This document shows positions 28,689 through 38,566 of a DNA stretch of 64,000 bases, piece by piece. A program made the position numbers and the translations under genes. Position 1 is the stretch's first letter; each line of letters opens with the position of its first letter. The notes under the pieces were generated by a model. The model saw nothing but the letters and a program-made list of their open reading frames with translations. It was not told where the DNA came from and made no database searches. Origin of the DNA: Nitrososphaerota archaeon (lineage in GTDB: Archaea; Thermoproteota; Nitrososphaeria_A; Caldarchaeales; Calditenuaceae); assembly GCA_033581555.1 (NCBI GenBank), contig JAVQSZ010000002.1:141778-205777 (forward strand), read 5' to 3'.

Positions 28689-29654
28689 ATGACCCGGGAG
28701 AGGATACAGGTCGGGTTCGGCGAGCGGCTCTTCAGCTATGGCTTCGGAGCTTATCACCCCTTCAACAGGGTCAGGATTAGCGTCTTCGAGGCGAAGTTCA
28801 ACGAGCTCCTCTCGAGGCACGGGGACCTGATCGAGCTGGTCGAGCCGGAGGAGTGTAGGGAGGAGGAGCTCACGCTCTTCCACACGCCCGAGTACGTCAA
28901 GTTCGTGAAGGCGGCCTGCTCCCCCGGATCGAACGTCAGATACCTCGACTACGGGGACACTCCTGCTTACCCAAACTGCTTCAGGAACGCGTGCACCGTG
29001 GTCGGCACTACCCTCAAGCTCCTCAAATCGATCGCCCAGGGCCGGGTAAGGAGGGCCTTCAGCCCGATAGGCGGGCTACACCACGCGATGAGGAACTCCG
29101 CCGGCGGGTTCTGCATCTTCAACGACGTCGGCGTCGCGATGGAGTACGCGTTCAGGTTCCTCGGCTACAGGTCGATCGCGTACGTGGACATCGACGCTCA
29201 TCACGGCGACGGCGTCTACTACGAGTTCGAGGAAGACCCGCGCGTGATCTTCTTCGACGTTCACCAGGACGGCAGGACGCTTTACCCGGGGACCGGCTTC
29301 GATTACGAGAGGGGTAAGGGCGAGGCTTTCGGGAGGAAGATGAACGTGCCGCTTCCGCCGGGAGCTGGCGACAGGGAATTCCTCAGGAGCTTCGAGAGGG
29401 GGATTGAGTTCCTGAAAGGCTTCGAGTTCGACCTCATAGTCCTCCAGTGCGGCGCCGACGGCCTCGCCGGGGACCCGCTTACCGACCTCAGGTACTCGAA
29501 GGAGGCCCACAGGTTCGCGGCAAGGTCGCTCGCGGAGCTCTCGGAGGAGAAGTGTCGCGGCAGGATCCTCGCGCTCGGCGGGGGAGGCTACGACCCACAG
29601 AACGTCGGCGACGCGTGGATCGAGGTAGTCTCGGCGTTAGCGGGAATCGAGTGA
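28689..29654 (+). CDS. Histone deacetylase-family (AcuC-like) Zn-dependent deacetylase (start ATG 28689)
   Basis: HPF, GGLHHA, GFCIFND, DIDAHHGDG, YPGTG, GAD...DPL, GGGGY. Confidence 0.92.
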   Translation: MTRERIQVGFGERLFSYGFGAYHPFNRVRISVFEAKFNELLSRHGDLIELVEPEECREEELTLFHTPEYVKFVKAACSPGSNVRYLDYGDTPAYPNCFRNACTVVGTTLKLLKSIAQGRVRRAFSPIGGLHHAMRNSAGGFCIFNDVGVAMEYAFRFLGYRSIAYVDIDAHHGDGVYYEFEEDPRVIFFDVHQDGRTLYPGTGFDYERGKGEAFGRKMNVPLPPGAGDREFLRSFERGIEFLKGFEFDLIVLQCGADGLAGDPLTDLRYSKEAHRFAARSLAELSEEKCRGRILALGGGGYDPQNVGDAWIEVVSALAGIE

Positions 29655-29712
29655 ACGGCTCGTGCCTCCTCCCGATCCGCGTCGCAAGTATCTGATGAAC
29701 TCGGGCCGTGAG

Positions 29713-30477
29713 ATGTCAGACACGACACCGCGTTCCGTCGGCCACGACGATGAGCTCTCTATAACGCCTAGGGTCGAAGCGAGGGTCCTGAAGGGACTCG
29801 TGACCGCGATGGAGAGGGGCCTGCCGCTCGACGAACGGACCGTCGCGGAGCAAGCCGGCGTCGCGACGGAGGTCGCTGGAGCCACCTTGAGGAGTTGGGG
29901 AGTGGGAACTGCGGCTCTGAAGGATGAGGAGCTCCTCGGGCTGGTCGAGGGGCTTCTGCTGAAGTCCGCGGGATCGGATCGACTCCTAGAGGGCCTGAGG
30001 TGGGAGCTCTTTGAGAGGGCGGTAGGGCGGATGCTGGGAAGGGCTGGCCTCGAGGTGCTCTGGGACGTGAGGCTTAACATCGAGCCCACGAGGTACCAGT
30101 TCGACCTGCTGGCGGTCGGAGGCGGAGCCGTCTACGCCGTCGAGTGCAAGAGGTGGCGCAGGACCATCACACCGTCGCTGATGAGAACGGTCTCCGGGGA
30201 GCTCCTCAGAAAGCTGGAGGCCCTCGAGCGCGCCCTCCTTCACCTCCTCGGTCAAGGCCGTGCGAGGGTGCTGCTGGTGCCGCTGGTGATCGCACCATAC
30301 GTCCCCCCTACCATGGGCGACGTCTACTTTGCCTCCGTTAGGCACCTGAGGTCCTTCCTCGCAGAGCCAGCCGCGGCACTGGAGTCCCCGCCGGTCAGGG
30401 AACTCCGGCTCACTTCGCCCCCGAGCGCGATGACGTTCAGGAGGGCCCCCTTCAGGTCCTTGAAGTCTCGCCCGTAG
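29713..30477 (+). CDS. Restriction-endonuclease-like (Mrr/NERD-type PD-(D/E)XK) protein; start uncertain
   Basis: WELFERAVGRML...QFDLLA...AVECKRW. Confidence 0.7.
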   Translation: MSDTTPRSVGHDDELSITPRVEARVLKGLVTAMERGLPLDERTVAEQAGVATEVAGATLRSWGVGTAALKDEELLGLVEGLLLKSAGSDRLLEGLRWELFERAVGRMLGRAGLEVLWDVRLNIEPTRYQFDLLAVGGGAVYAVECKRWRRTITPSLMRTVSGELLRKLEALERALLHLLGQGRARVLLVPLVIAPYVPPTMGDVYFASVRHLRSFLAEPAAALESPPVRELRLTSPPSAMTFRRAPFRSLKSRP

Positions 30478-30564
30478 AGACCCCACGATCTGGTCCTGCC
30501 CAACGACGATGAAGGCGGTCCTTCTACCTTTATTAGTTTCTGGCGGGACTACTGGGAGGTGCAC

Positions 30565-30618
30565 GTGAAGCTCGCGGGCTCTCTCGAGTCGAGACCGGCC
30601 GCATCGGCCATCGCCTAG
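30565..30618 (+). CDS. Putative 17-aa upstream ORF in the prf1 5' leader (MKLAGSLESRPAASAIA)
   Basis: GGGAGGTG SD at 30554-30561, GTG 30565, TAG 30616-30618; in frame with prf1. Confidence 0.3.
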   Translation: MKLAGSLESRPAASAIA

Positions 30619-30639
30619 TGTGTATCAGGGTGATTGATC

Positions 30640-31887
30640 ATGTCCGGAAGGGACTCCGTATCATTATACAAGTTCAAGAGGTTCATCGAGGAGCTGGAGC
30701 GGAAGGAGGGTAGGGGTACCGAGCTCGTCTCCCTCTACATACCTCCGGGTAAGAGGGTCGACGAGGTCATCGGGTACTTAAGGCAGGAGTACTCGACCGC
30801 GGCGAACATCAAGTCAAAGAGCACGAGGAAGAACGTCATGTCTGCGATCGAGAGCGCGATCCAGAGGCTCAAGCTTTACAGGGAGGTCGGGCCCAACGGC
30901 CTCATCATCTTCAGCGGCGCGATCTCCCACGGAGGTCCAGGCGAGGAGAAAGTCGAGGTCTACGACATAGTTCCACCCGAGCCGTTGAACCTCTTCCTCT
31001 ACAGGTGCGATAGCAAGTTCTACCTCGAGCCCCTGAGGGACCTCCTCAAGGAGAGGGACGTCTACGGGGTGTTGGTTATAGATAACGAGGAGGCTGCGGT
31101 CGCGGTCCTCAAGGGGAGGAAGGTCGTCGAGCTGAAGGTCTACACCTCGGGCGTTCCGGGGAAGCACAGGGCTGGTGGGCAGTCGGCGAGGAGGTTCGAG
31201 AGGTTAAGGGACCAGGCGCTGGAGGAGTACTACAAGAGGGTCGCGGACCACGCGAACGAGGTCTTCCTCAGCTATCCTGAGATCAGAGCGGTGATAGTCG
31301 CGGGCCCCGGCCCCACGAAGGAGGTCTTCGTCCAGGGGAACTACCTCCACTACTCCCTCAGGGACAAGGTGAAGGTCGTCGACACGTCGTACTCCGGGGA
31401 AGAGGGCGTCAGGGAGGCGATAGAGAGGGCTGCGGACGAGTTGAAGGAGCTGAGGCTCGTCATGGAGCGCCGGGTCGTCGAGGCCGTTATGCGAATGGCG
31501 ACGCAGGGAAGCGGGGTCGTCTACGGCGAGAGGCAGGTGAGGCAGGCGCTGGCGAGGGGCGAGCTGAGGAGGCTCGTCGTGAACGAGGACCTTGACGCCC
31601 ACGAGGTGACGATATCCTGCTCGAAGTGCGGTTACTCCGAGCGGGTCACGATGAACTCGGAGCAACTGGTCTCGGAGCTCCCGAAGAGGCTCGGCGCCAC
31701 CTGCCCGAGCTGCGGGAACGCCTCGCTCCTCGAGGCCGGGCGGGAGCCGCTGGTCGACGTCCTGATCCGCGAGGCCGAGTCGACCGGGACACAGGTCGAG
31801 CTGATCTCCTCGGACCACGAGGCGGGAGAGATGTTCCTGAGGATGTTCGGCGGGATCGCCGGGATTCTGAAGTCGGCGCAGAGTTGA
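30640..31887 (+). CDS. prf1: Peptide chain release factor aRF1 (alternative TTG start 30634)
   Basis: GRGTELVSLYIPP, NIKS, YRCD, GGQS motifs. Confidence 0.97.
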   Translation: MSGRDSVSLYKFKRFIEELERKEGRGTELVSLYIPPGKRVDEVIGYLRQEYSTAANIKSKSTRKNVMSAIESAIQRLKLYREVGPNGLIIFSGAISHGGPGEEKVEVYDIVPPEPLNLFLYRCDSKFYLEPLRDLLKERDVYGVLVIDNEEAAVAVLKGRKVVELKVYTSGVPGKHRAGGQSARRFERLRDQALEEYYKRVADHANEVFLSYPEIRAVIVAGPGPTKEVFVQGNYLHYSLRDKVKVVDTSYSGEEGVREAIERAADELKELRLVMERRVVEAVMRMATQGSGVVYGERQVRQALARGELRRLVVNEDLDAHEVTISCSKCGYSERVTMNSEQLVSELPKRLGATCPSCGNASLLEAGREPLVDVLIREAESTGTQVELISSDHEAGEMFLRMFGGIAGILKSAQS

Positions 31888-32507
31888 CGCGCTCCACCGA
31901 AGTCTACCGGCCCTCTGAGGACACCTTCCTCCTGATCGACTCAATCTCGGAGTACGCCTCCCGTGGGTTGGCCCTCGCGCTCGACGTCGGATGCGGGTCC
32001 GGAGCGGTGACGGAGTCACTACTGGAGATCTCAGACGAGGTGATCGCAGTCGACGTATCGCTGCCCGCGCTGGAGGCGACCAGGGAGAAGGTCAGGAGCC
32101 GAGCGGAGAGGGTTCACCTGATCGCGTCCGAAGGCGTCGCGTTCCTGAGGGAGGGCACACCGATTGAGCTCATCGCCTGCAATCCGCCCTATCTCCCCAT
32201 CGAGCAGGACGAGGAGTACGACCCGGCGGTCCACGGCGGGCCCACGGGTGTCGAGTTCTCGAAGGCGCTCCTGAGCTCGCTGGCAGACAGGCTGAAGGGG
32301 AGGGCCTGGACCCTCTTCCTGATCGCCTCATCCCTCTCCGACCTCGGATCGCTGGTCCTTCACGCCGAGCGACTCGGGCTCGAGGTCTCCTTCGCGGCTC
32401 ACAGGCGGCTCTTCTTCGAGGAAATCTACTGCCTCAGGGTGAGCGGGCACGGGTCGTCAGGCGAGGCTCAACAGCGAACCTTTTTTACCGACGGAGGGGA
32501 CGGGTGA
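31884..32507 (+). CDS. prmC: HemK2/PrmC-like release-factor glutamine methyltransferase (TTG start overlapping the prf1 stop)
   Basis: VYRPSEDTFLL, LDVGCGSG, NPPY, GGPTG, FFEEI. Confidence 0.88.
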   Translation: MTRSTEVYRPSEDTFLLIDSISEYASRGLALALDVGCGSGAVTESLLEISDEVIAVDVSLPALEATREKVRSRAERVHLIASEGVAFLREGTPIELIACNPPYLPIEQDEEYDPAVHGGPTGVEFSKALLSSLADRLKGRAWTLFLIASSLSDLGSLVLHAERLGLEVSFAAHRRLFFEEIYCLRVSGHGSSGEAQQRTFFTDGGDG

Positions 32508-32516
32508 CGAACTCGA

Positions 32517-32777
32517 ATGGCGTCGGGGGAGAGGAAGTTAACGAGGCGCGGCCAATTGGTCGAGTCGCCCGAGGGCGAGCTCATGCTCGTGAACGAGAGC
32601 GGCGTCGCGTATCTAGTCAACGAGTCGGTGGTCGCGGTCTGGAGCTTCTTCGAGGACAAGACCGTCGAGGAGGTCGTGCTGGAGCTCTCCCAAGAGCTTG
32701 CGATAGAGCCCTCGGAGATCAGGGATGCGATCAGGAACTTAGCGGACCAGCTGATCGAGGCTGAGCTCCTCGGGTGA
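32517..32777 (+). CDS. PqqD-family / RiPP recognition element protein
   Basis: 86 aa; beta-strands then YLVNESVVAVW..EDKTVEEVV..L..E...EIRDAI..L..L.EAELL, the PqqD helical pattern. Confidence 0.78.
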   Translation: MASGERKLTRRGQLVESPEGELMLVNESGVAYLVNESVVAVWSFFEDKTVEEVVLELSQELAIEPSEIRDAIRNLADQLIEAELLG

Positions 32778-32827
32778 GGGGCCGCATCGGTTCACCGATC
32801 GCCCGAACCGTTTTTGTTCCGCAGATG

Positions 32828-34045
32828 TCAGCGGAGGGTATGCACCACGATCAGCGTTGTCAGCGCCGCGCTGAGGTAAAGGGCACCCGTCGCCAAAACC
32901 AGTCCTGGCAGCGGGGGAGTGCCGAGCGCGAACCACGCCGACCTCAAGAGGTTGCCGGCGTTGAGAAGCGCGACCGGATAAAGGCTCAGGCCGCGGTAGG
33001 GCGTCTTAGCGGACAGGAGTCCTGGCAATAAGAGGGGAGCGTAGGCGATTATCGCGTGCCCTGCGAACCCGATGCCCAACGCGTGTATGAAGACGTCCCT
33101 CACCCCGAAAGCGAGTGGGGCACGGATCGCGGTGAGCAGGGATGCCGATATACCCGCTAGACCGCCGACAAGCAGCCAGACGCAGGCGATGACGTACGCC
33201 GCTGAGAAGTACAGATACCTGACCCTGTCCCTCTCGATCATCCTGTGGAACTGCTCGCCCCCTTTCACGCGTTTGAAACCGTCGACCGAAAGGATCCACA
33301 ACAGTGAGGTCGCCGCGTAGACCACGGAGGAGAGCAGGTCGAGGTTTCGGTCATCGAGAGCGAACGCTGCGATTGCCACCGACGCCGAGAGGGCTAGGAG
33401 GGGGAACAAGGCCTTCCATAGCCGCCTCCGAACCGCGAGCTCTATCCTGAAGTGGATGGTCTTGATCCCTATGCCGAAGATCATGCCTCCCGCCACGTCG
33501 TATAGGACGAGTTGCAGCATCCCGGCCCTTGAGTAGGGGTTGTGGCCCCAAGACTCCGCGACCGCCGTCAGAAGTACAATCACGGGTATCAAAACCGCTG
33601 ACAACGAGATCACTGGGTCCGCCGCGCCGAGCGGCCCGAGCGGCCTACGGAGCGTCTTCACGACGTAATATGCGAAAATCGACGAACTGGATGAGCTCAA
33701 CAGATGACCTAAAACCCAGCCTGCAGAGTTTGGGGGCCAGAACGCTCCCAGCAGGACCCCAATCTGATGTGCTGCGAGCGTCGTCGCCTTGAGGCGCTTT
33801 CCGGTTGAGACGTCGACGTTCCTGAACCTCGGGACCAGCACCAGAGCTACCGACTGGATGAACCCGTAGACGAACCCGAACGTCATGAGTTTGGGATGAG
33901 GGTAGAGCAGTAGGGATGCCGTACCTGGGACCACCATGGAGATCATCCAGAACACTCCGAGGAACGTCCCGACCATACCGGTGATCGAGGCGAGGGCTAT
34001 GCCGGGGACGGCTATCAACCTGGCGGCCCTCTGCCTGTCAAGCAT
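32828..34045 (-). CDS. NnrS-like polytopic membrane protein
   Basis: HPKLMTFGF...VPRF and HALGIGF...P motifs; about 12 hydrophobic segments. Confidence 0.6.
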   Translation of the reverse strand: MLDRQRAARLIAVPGIALASITGMVGTFLGVFWMISMVVPGTASLLLYPHPKLMTFGFVYGFIQSVALVLVPRFRNVDVSTGKRLKATTLAAHQIGVLLGAFWPPNSAGWVLGHLLSSSSSSIFAYYVVKTLRRPLGPLGAADPVISLSAVLIPVIVLLTAVAESWGHNPYSRAGMLQLVLYDVAGGMIFGIGIKTIHFRIELAVRRRLWKALFPLLALSASVAIAAFALDDRNLDLLSSVVYAATSLLWILSVDGFKRVKGGEQFHRMIERDRVRYLYFSAAYVIACVWLLVGGLAGISASLLTAIRAPLAFGVRDVFIHALGIGFAGHAIIAYAPLLLPGLLSAKTPYRGLSLYPVALLNAGNLLRSAWFALGTPPLPGLVLATGALYLSAALTTLIVVHTLR

Positions 34046-34133
34046 CCACCGATTCGCAGGTCAATCTATGTAAAAGCTATTATCAAACCAGCCGCTCAGC
34101 TAACCGGTTCAATTAGGGGGCTTGGGAGGTCCC

Positions 34134-35282
34134 TCACTCGAGGACGGCGAGCCCCTTGAGCACCAGATAGACGGCGGCGTGGGCCGGCAGCTCGGTCACT
34201 ACCGGTCCGTGGACCTCCTGGAATTCCAGACCTCCTAGCCTGAACCCCGGAGAGTACAGCACCTTCACCCTCATCGGTCTGCCCCTGATCGCGACGGCCT
34301 CATCGAACGGGTCGAAGTCGTGCAGCCTCTCGAGCGGGACCCTCCTCACCGCCAAGCCCGTCTTGCCGTTGAGCGACTCCGAGAGCCTCACGAGCCTGTG
34401 GACGTCGGCGGTCACGACCGGATCGATCTTCACCGACTCCTCACGGACGACCTCATCGAGCAGCCTCCTGACCTCCGAGGGCCTCATCCGTGCCAACGCC
34501 GACCCCACGTCCTCGTCCGTTCCGGTCGAAAGCCTCGCGTAAATCCTCCTCCAGATCCTCCCCCGCCACCCGTAGGCATCGAGCTCCGGTTCGCCGGCCG
34601 TTGCCCGACGGGGCCTCCCCCTTACGGACCCGAACCCCATCGCCTCTGGGGCCAACCCCTCCGCGGTCAGGTACTGGACTATCTCTCGCCTGCCCTGCTG
34701 GTCGAGGTCCCTCAGTTCTGAGGAGTCGACGACCACGTGGAACCCTCGGTTGCCGGAGAAGTTCACCTCGACGTCTTCCTCCCTGACGCCGAACTCGCCC
34801 AACAGCAATTCAACCAGCTTGATCAGCTCCCTCCGGGCCCCCTCGAGGCAACGCTCGCAGACCCAGTCGACCTCGACGGTCTTCGCGCCGCACCCGCACG
34901 ACTCGCCCTCCACGAGGCCGTGCTCCGTGCAGACCCGGAATACGTGATGTCCCCCGCACGGCGGGTCGGCGTGGTCAGCGTCGATGTCGAAGACGAGGTC
35001 CGCTCCAAGCCATCCCTTCTCCTCCATGGGAGCGGAGGGATAGGTGAAGTACGCGGAGGACCTGTATGCGTGAAGCGGGGCCACCCTCGCGAGCGTCACC
35101 AGGAGGTCATCGATGGACCTGAAGGCCAAGTGGCGAACCATCGTCGGCTTCGAGAACTCCCAGTACCCGAACTCTCTCTGCTCGAGACTCGTGACCCTAA
35201 TCGGGGGACGAGATCGATAATACTGCGAGAAGAGACTCCTGATCACCTCTAAGCGCTTAGCCTCGCTCTTGGTCGCCTCCAC
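34134..35282 (-). CDS. priS: DNA primase small (catalytic) subunit
   Basis: REFG, GADLVFDIDAD, FSGNRGFH, IDPVVTADVHRLVRL..SLNGKTG. Confidence 0.95.
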   Translation of the reverse strand: MEATKSEAKRLEVIRSLFSQYYRSRPPIRVTSLEQREFGYWEFSKPTMVRHLAFRSIDDLLVTLARVAPLHAYRSSAYFTYPSAPMEEKGWLGADLVFDIDADHADPPCGGHHVFRVCTEHGLVEGESCGCGAKTVEVDWVCERCLEGARRELIKLVELLLGEFGVREEDVEVNFSGNRGFHVVVDSSELRDLDQQGRREIVQYLTAEGLAPEAMGFGSVRGRPRRATAGEPELDAYGWRGRIWRRIYARLSTGTDEDVGSALARMRPSEVRRLLDEVVREESVKIDPVVTADVHRLVRLSESLNGKTGLAVRRVPLERLHDFDPFDEAVAIRGRPMRVKVLYSPGFRLGGLEFQEVHGPVVTELPAHAAVYLVLKGLAVLE

Positions 35283-35350
35283 CGCTGCTCCACTTACCAG
35301 CTCAGATAAAACCGGATGCTGGTCCTCGGCGCTGCAAGAGCGTGCTCGGA

Positions 35351-36154
35351 TTACTGCGGCGCCACCAGCGTCCCCTTCGGCTCCTCCAGGACCTTCAGTG
35401 GGTCCTCCACGAGCCCGTTGGAGATGATGGCCAACTTCACGCCGAACGAGACGGCCTCACCGGCCAGCATCAGCTTCCTGTTCATTCCGGGACCGATCCG
35501 CTGCGACAGGTCGAACGCCTCTTGAGGCGTCAGCCTCCCCACGACTTCCCCGTCCACGAGGACCCCGTCGACGTCGCTGAGCAGCACTAGGGCGTCGGCC
35601 GAGATCGCCTTCGCGATGGAGGTCGCTGCCTGGTCTCCGTCGACGTTCAGGAGCTCTCCCTCCTCGCTGACCGCGATGGGCGCGACGACGACCGTGAACC
35701 CGCTCGAGGTCAGGAGCTCCAGGAGTTGGGGCGAGACGGAGGTGATCATCCCGGTGTACCCGCCCTCGATGACGCGCTTCCTCCCCCGGTCGTCGACCAC
35801 GACTATCCTCTTCTTCCTCTCCGCCGTGAGCAGGCCGCCGTCGGCACCCGAGATCCCGACCGCCTTCACGCCGAGCTTCCTGAGGGCCGCGACGATCTCC
35901 TTGTTCAGCTTCCCTGCCATCACCATGACGTAGACCTCGAGCTCCTGGAGGTCCGTGTACCTGCTCCTAATGCCCTGCGGCGATGTCACGAACTTCGGCT
36001 CGATCCCCATGCGCCTGGAGTACTCGCTGACGACGTCACCCCCTCCGTGGACGAAGACGATCCTGTGGGAGCTGGAGCGCCTCGCGATGCTCTCCGCGAT
36101 CCCCGTGAGGTTCCCGAGGAGCGCCCTGCCCCCTGCTTTCACGACGACCCTCAC
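35351..36154 (-). CDS. lysZ: [LysW]-aminoadipate/glutamate kinase (acetylglutamate kinase family)
   Basis: VVKAGG, VHGGG, SRYTD, GGYTG, LNVDGD, SDVDG, GMNRK. Confidence 0.88.
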   Translation of the reverse strand: MRVVVKAGGRALLGNLTGIAESIARRSSSHRIVFVHGGGDVVSEYSRRMGIEPKFVTSPQGIRSRYTDLQELEVYVMVMAGKLNKEIVAALRKLGVKAVGISGADGGLLTAERKKRIVVVDDRGRKRVIEGGYTGMITSVSPQLLELLTSSGFTVVVAPIAVSEEGELLNVDGDQAATSIAKAISADALVLLSDVDGVLVDGEVVGRLTPQEAFDLSQRIGPGMNRKLMLAGEAVSFGVKLAIISNGLVEDPLKVLEEPKGTLVAPQ

Positions 36155-37296
36155 GCCCGAGTCGCCTCGCCGCTGTCCGGGAGGACCAGGTCTTTGCCCG
36201 TCCTCAGCACCGGGGGTATCACGCCAGCCCTGACCGCGTGGTCAGCCAGCACCATCGCCACGACCGACTCGACGACCGGGACGGCCCTAGGCCCTATCAC
36301 CGGGTCGTGCCTACCAGTCACCACGACCTCCTCCTCGGACATCGTGCGGACGTTCAGGGTCCGTTGTGGGAGCGCGATAGAGGCTGGAGGCTTGAAGGCG
36401 ACCCTCACCACGATCTCCCTCCCTGTCGAGAGCCCCCCGACGATCCCGCCGGCGTTGTTGGTCACCGGGACAACCCTTCCGTCGACGAGCCCAAGCGGGT
36501 CGTTGTTCAGGGAGCCCCGCGAGTTCACCACCCCAAAGCCCGCCCCGAACTCGATGCCCTTGACCGCAGGGATCGAGAGGAGGGCCCTCGCCAAGTCCGA
36601 GTCCAAGGAGGAGAAGACCGGCTCGCCGAGGCCCGGGGGGACGTTGAGAACCAGGCACTCGACGAGGCTGCCGACGCTGTCGCCGGACCCCCTCGCCTCC
36701 AGCACGACCTGCCTCATCCTCTCCGCCGCCTCCTCGTCGGGGCACCTAAGGTCGTTCGAGTACCGCTTGGCCCTTATCGCGTCCACGGGGAGCTCCCTCG
36801 CCTCTACGCCGTCGATCCTCTTCACGTAGGCGAGCACCTCGGTCCCTAGGGTCACCCTTAGAAGCTTAATCGCCACCGCGCCTGCCATCACGAACCCGGT
36901 GGTTATCCTCCCGGAAAACCTCCCGCCTCCGCGCCAGTCATTGAACCCGCCGTACTTGACCCTCGCGAAGTAATCGGCGTGTCCTGGCCTCGGCGTCTCG
37001 AGCAGCCTCTTGTAGCTCCTAGAGTCGACGTCCTTGTTCCAGACCACCATCGCGATCGGCGCCCCGGTCGTGAAACCGTTGAAGACGCCGCTGAGGATCT
37101 CGACCCTGTCCTCCTCTCTCCTCTGGCTCGCGACCAGCGACTGGCCTGGCCTCCTCAGGTCTAGCAGAGGCTGAACGTCCTCCTCTGAGAGCGGTAGGCC
37201 TGCGGGGCAGCCGTCGATCACGACGCCGACGCACCTCCCGTGGCTCTCGCCGAAGCTCGTCACGACGAATCTCTCGCCGATCGAGTTACCTGCCAA
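36151..37296 (-). CDS. aroC: Chorismate synthase
   Basis: GESHG, RRPG, RPGHAD, GGGRFSGR, NNAGGIVGG, FKPPAS, GRHDP. Confidence 0.97.
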   Translation of the reverse strand: MAGNSIGERFVVTSFGESHGRCVGVVIDGCPAGLPLSEEDVQPLLDLRRPGQSLVASQRREEDRVEILSGVFNGFTTGAPIAMVVWNKDVDSRSYKRLLETPRPGHADYFARVKYGGFNDWRGGGRFSGRITTGFVMAGAVAIKLLRVTLGTEVLAYVKRIDGVEARELPVDAIRAKRYSNDLRCPDEEAAERMRQVVLEARGSGDSVGSLVECLVLNVPPGLGEPVFSSLDSDLARALLSIPAVKGIEFGAGFGVVNSRGSLNNDPLGLVDGRVVPVTNNAGGIVGGLSTGREIVVRVAFKPPASIALPQRTLNVRTMSEEEVVVTGRHDPVIGPRAVPVVESVVAMVLADHAVRAGVIPPVLRTGKDLVLPDSGEATRA

Positions 37297-38566
37297 CCTG
37301 CACGACCTCCAGCCCTACGCTCGAGACGTCCCTCAAGAAGTCTGGGTAAGAGACGTCGACCGAGCCGATCCCGAGCGTCTTCACCCTCCCGTGCGTCGCA
37401 GCGGAGAGGACCGCGAAGGCCATGAAGAGCCTGTGGTCGTCGCGCGGGTCCAAGACGACCTCGTTCACGGTCCCAGGTGAGACCGAGAGCCCGTCTTCGA
37501 ACTCCTCGACGATCGCGCCCGCCTTTGCCAGCTCGGACGCGAGGACCGAGACCCTGTCGCTCTCCTTGAACCTCGCGTGCCTCACCCCCCTCACTATGGT
37601 CTTCCCGTCGGCGAAGAAGCCCAGGACCGCGACGACCGGGAGCAGGTCCGGTGAGTCCCTTAGGTCGACCTCGACCCCCTCGAGGGCCGAGCCGCGAGTC
37701 TCGACGTATTCCTCGCCCCGCCTGACGCTCGCGCCCATCGCCTCCAGTATCTCGAGGATTGCGGAGTCGGCTTGGGGGAGAGCGGGGTCCAGCCCCGCGA
37801 CGCGGACGTATCCTCCGAGGAGGACCGGAATGACCAGTAAGAACGCCGCGAGGCCGTAATCGCCGGGGACCGTGAACCTCCCACGCTTGAGCGCGCGACC
37901 TCCGACCACCAGCCGCTTACCGTCGAACTCTGCCCTTCCCCCGAAGGCCCTGACGGTCTCCAACGTCGCCGCGACGTAGGGCCCCGAGACCAGCTCCCCG
38001 ACGACCTCAACCTCGGTCACCTCCTCGCACGCGGAGCCCGCGATAGCCAGCGCGGAGAGGAATTGGCTGCTGACGTCGCCTCTGATGCTGCACCGGCCTC
38101 CCAACGAGCCCTTTCCCTTCACGACGACCGGAGCGTAACCGTTCCCCCTCGTCGACCAGGCCTCGACGCCGAGCTGGCCCAAAGCGTCCAGGAGCGGCTG
38201 CATCGGCCTCCTCCTCAAGCTCGCGTCTCCGGTGAGGACCGTGTGACCTCTGCTGACGAGAGCCGCGACGCCGGTCGCGATTCTGAGCGTCGTGCCGGAG
38301 TTCATCGCGTCGATCACGTCCTCAGGGACCTCGGGCCAGCCTCCCTCGATCACCGCCGCCTCACCCATGAGCTCGACGTCGGCGCCGAACGCCCTCACAG
38401 CGCCGATGGTCGCCCTCGTGTCCCTTGAGACCAACGGGTTGTAGACGACGCTCTCGCCCTGGGCCAGCGAGGCCATGAAGACCGCCCTGTGAGTGTAGCT
38501 CTTCGAAGGAGGGGCCTTGACCTCTCCGCCGATGCTTTCTCTCGGCCTCAATGCGACCGCTCCCAT
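37286..38566 (-). CDS. aroA: 3-phosphoshikimate 1-carboxyvinyltransferase (start 38566 or TTG 38551)
   Basis: PPSKSYTHR, NSGTTLR, RRPM, SSQF, KESDR, DHR. Confidence 0.95.
   Translation of the reverse strand: MGAVALRPRESIGGEVKAPPSKSYTHRAVFMASLAQGESVVYNPLVSRDTRATIGAVRAFGADVELMGEAAVIEGGWPEVPEDVIDAMNSGTTLRIATGVAALVSRGHTVLTGDASLRRRPMQPLLDALGQLGVEAWSTRGNGYAPVVVKGKGSLGGRCSIRGDVSSQFLSALAIAGSACEEVTEVEVVGELVSGPYVAATLETVRAFGGRAEFDGKRLVVGGRALKRGRFTVPGDYGLAAFLLVIPVLLGGYVRVAGLDPALPQADSAILEILEAMGASVRRGEEYVETRGSALEGVEVDLRDSPDLLPVVAVLGFFADGKTIVRGVRHARFKESDRVSVLASELAKAGAIVEEFEDGLSVSPGTVNEVVLDPRDDHRLFMAFAVLSAATHGRVKTLGIGSVDVSYPDFLRDVSSVGLEVVQVGR

Noticed and set aside
29690-29770. TGATGA/CGATGA motifs suggesting a C/D RNA or fluoride riboswitch
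   Set aside because: Box spacing and the crcB consensus are not met, and there is no fluoride-related gene downstream.
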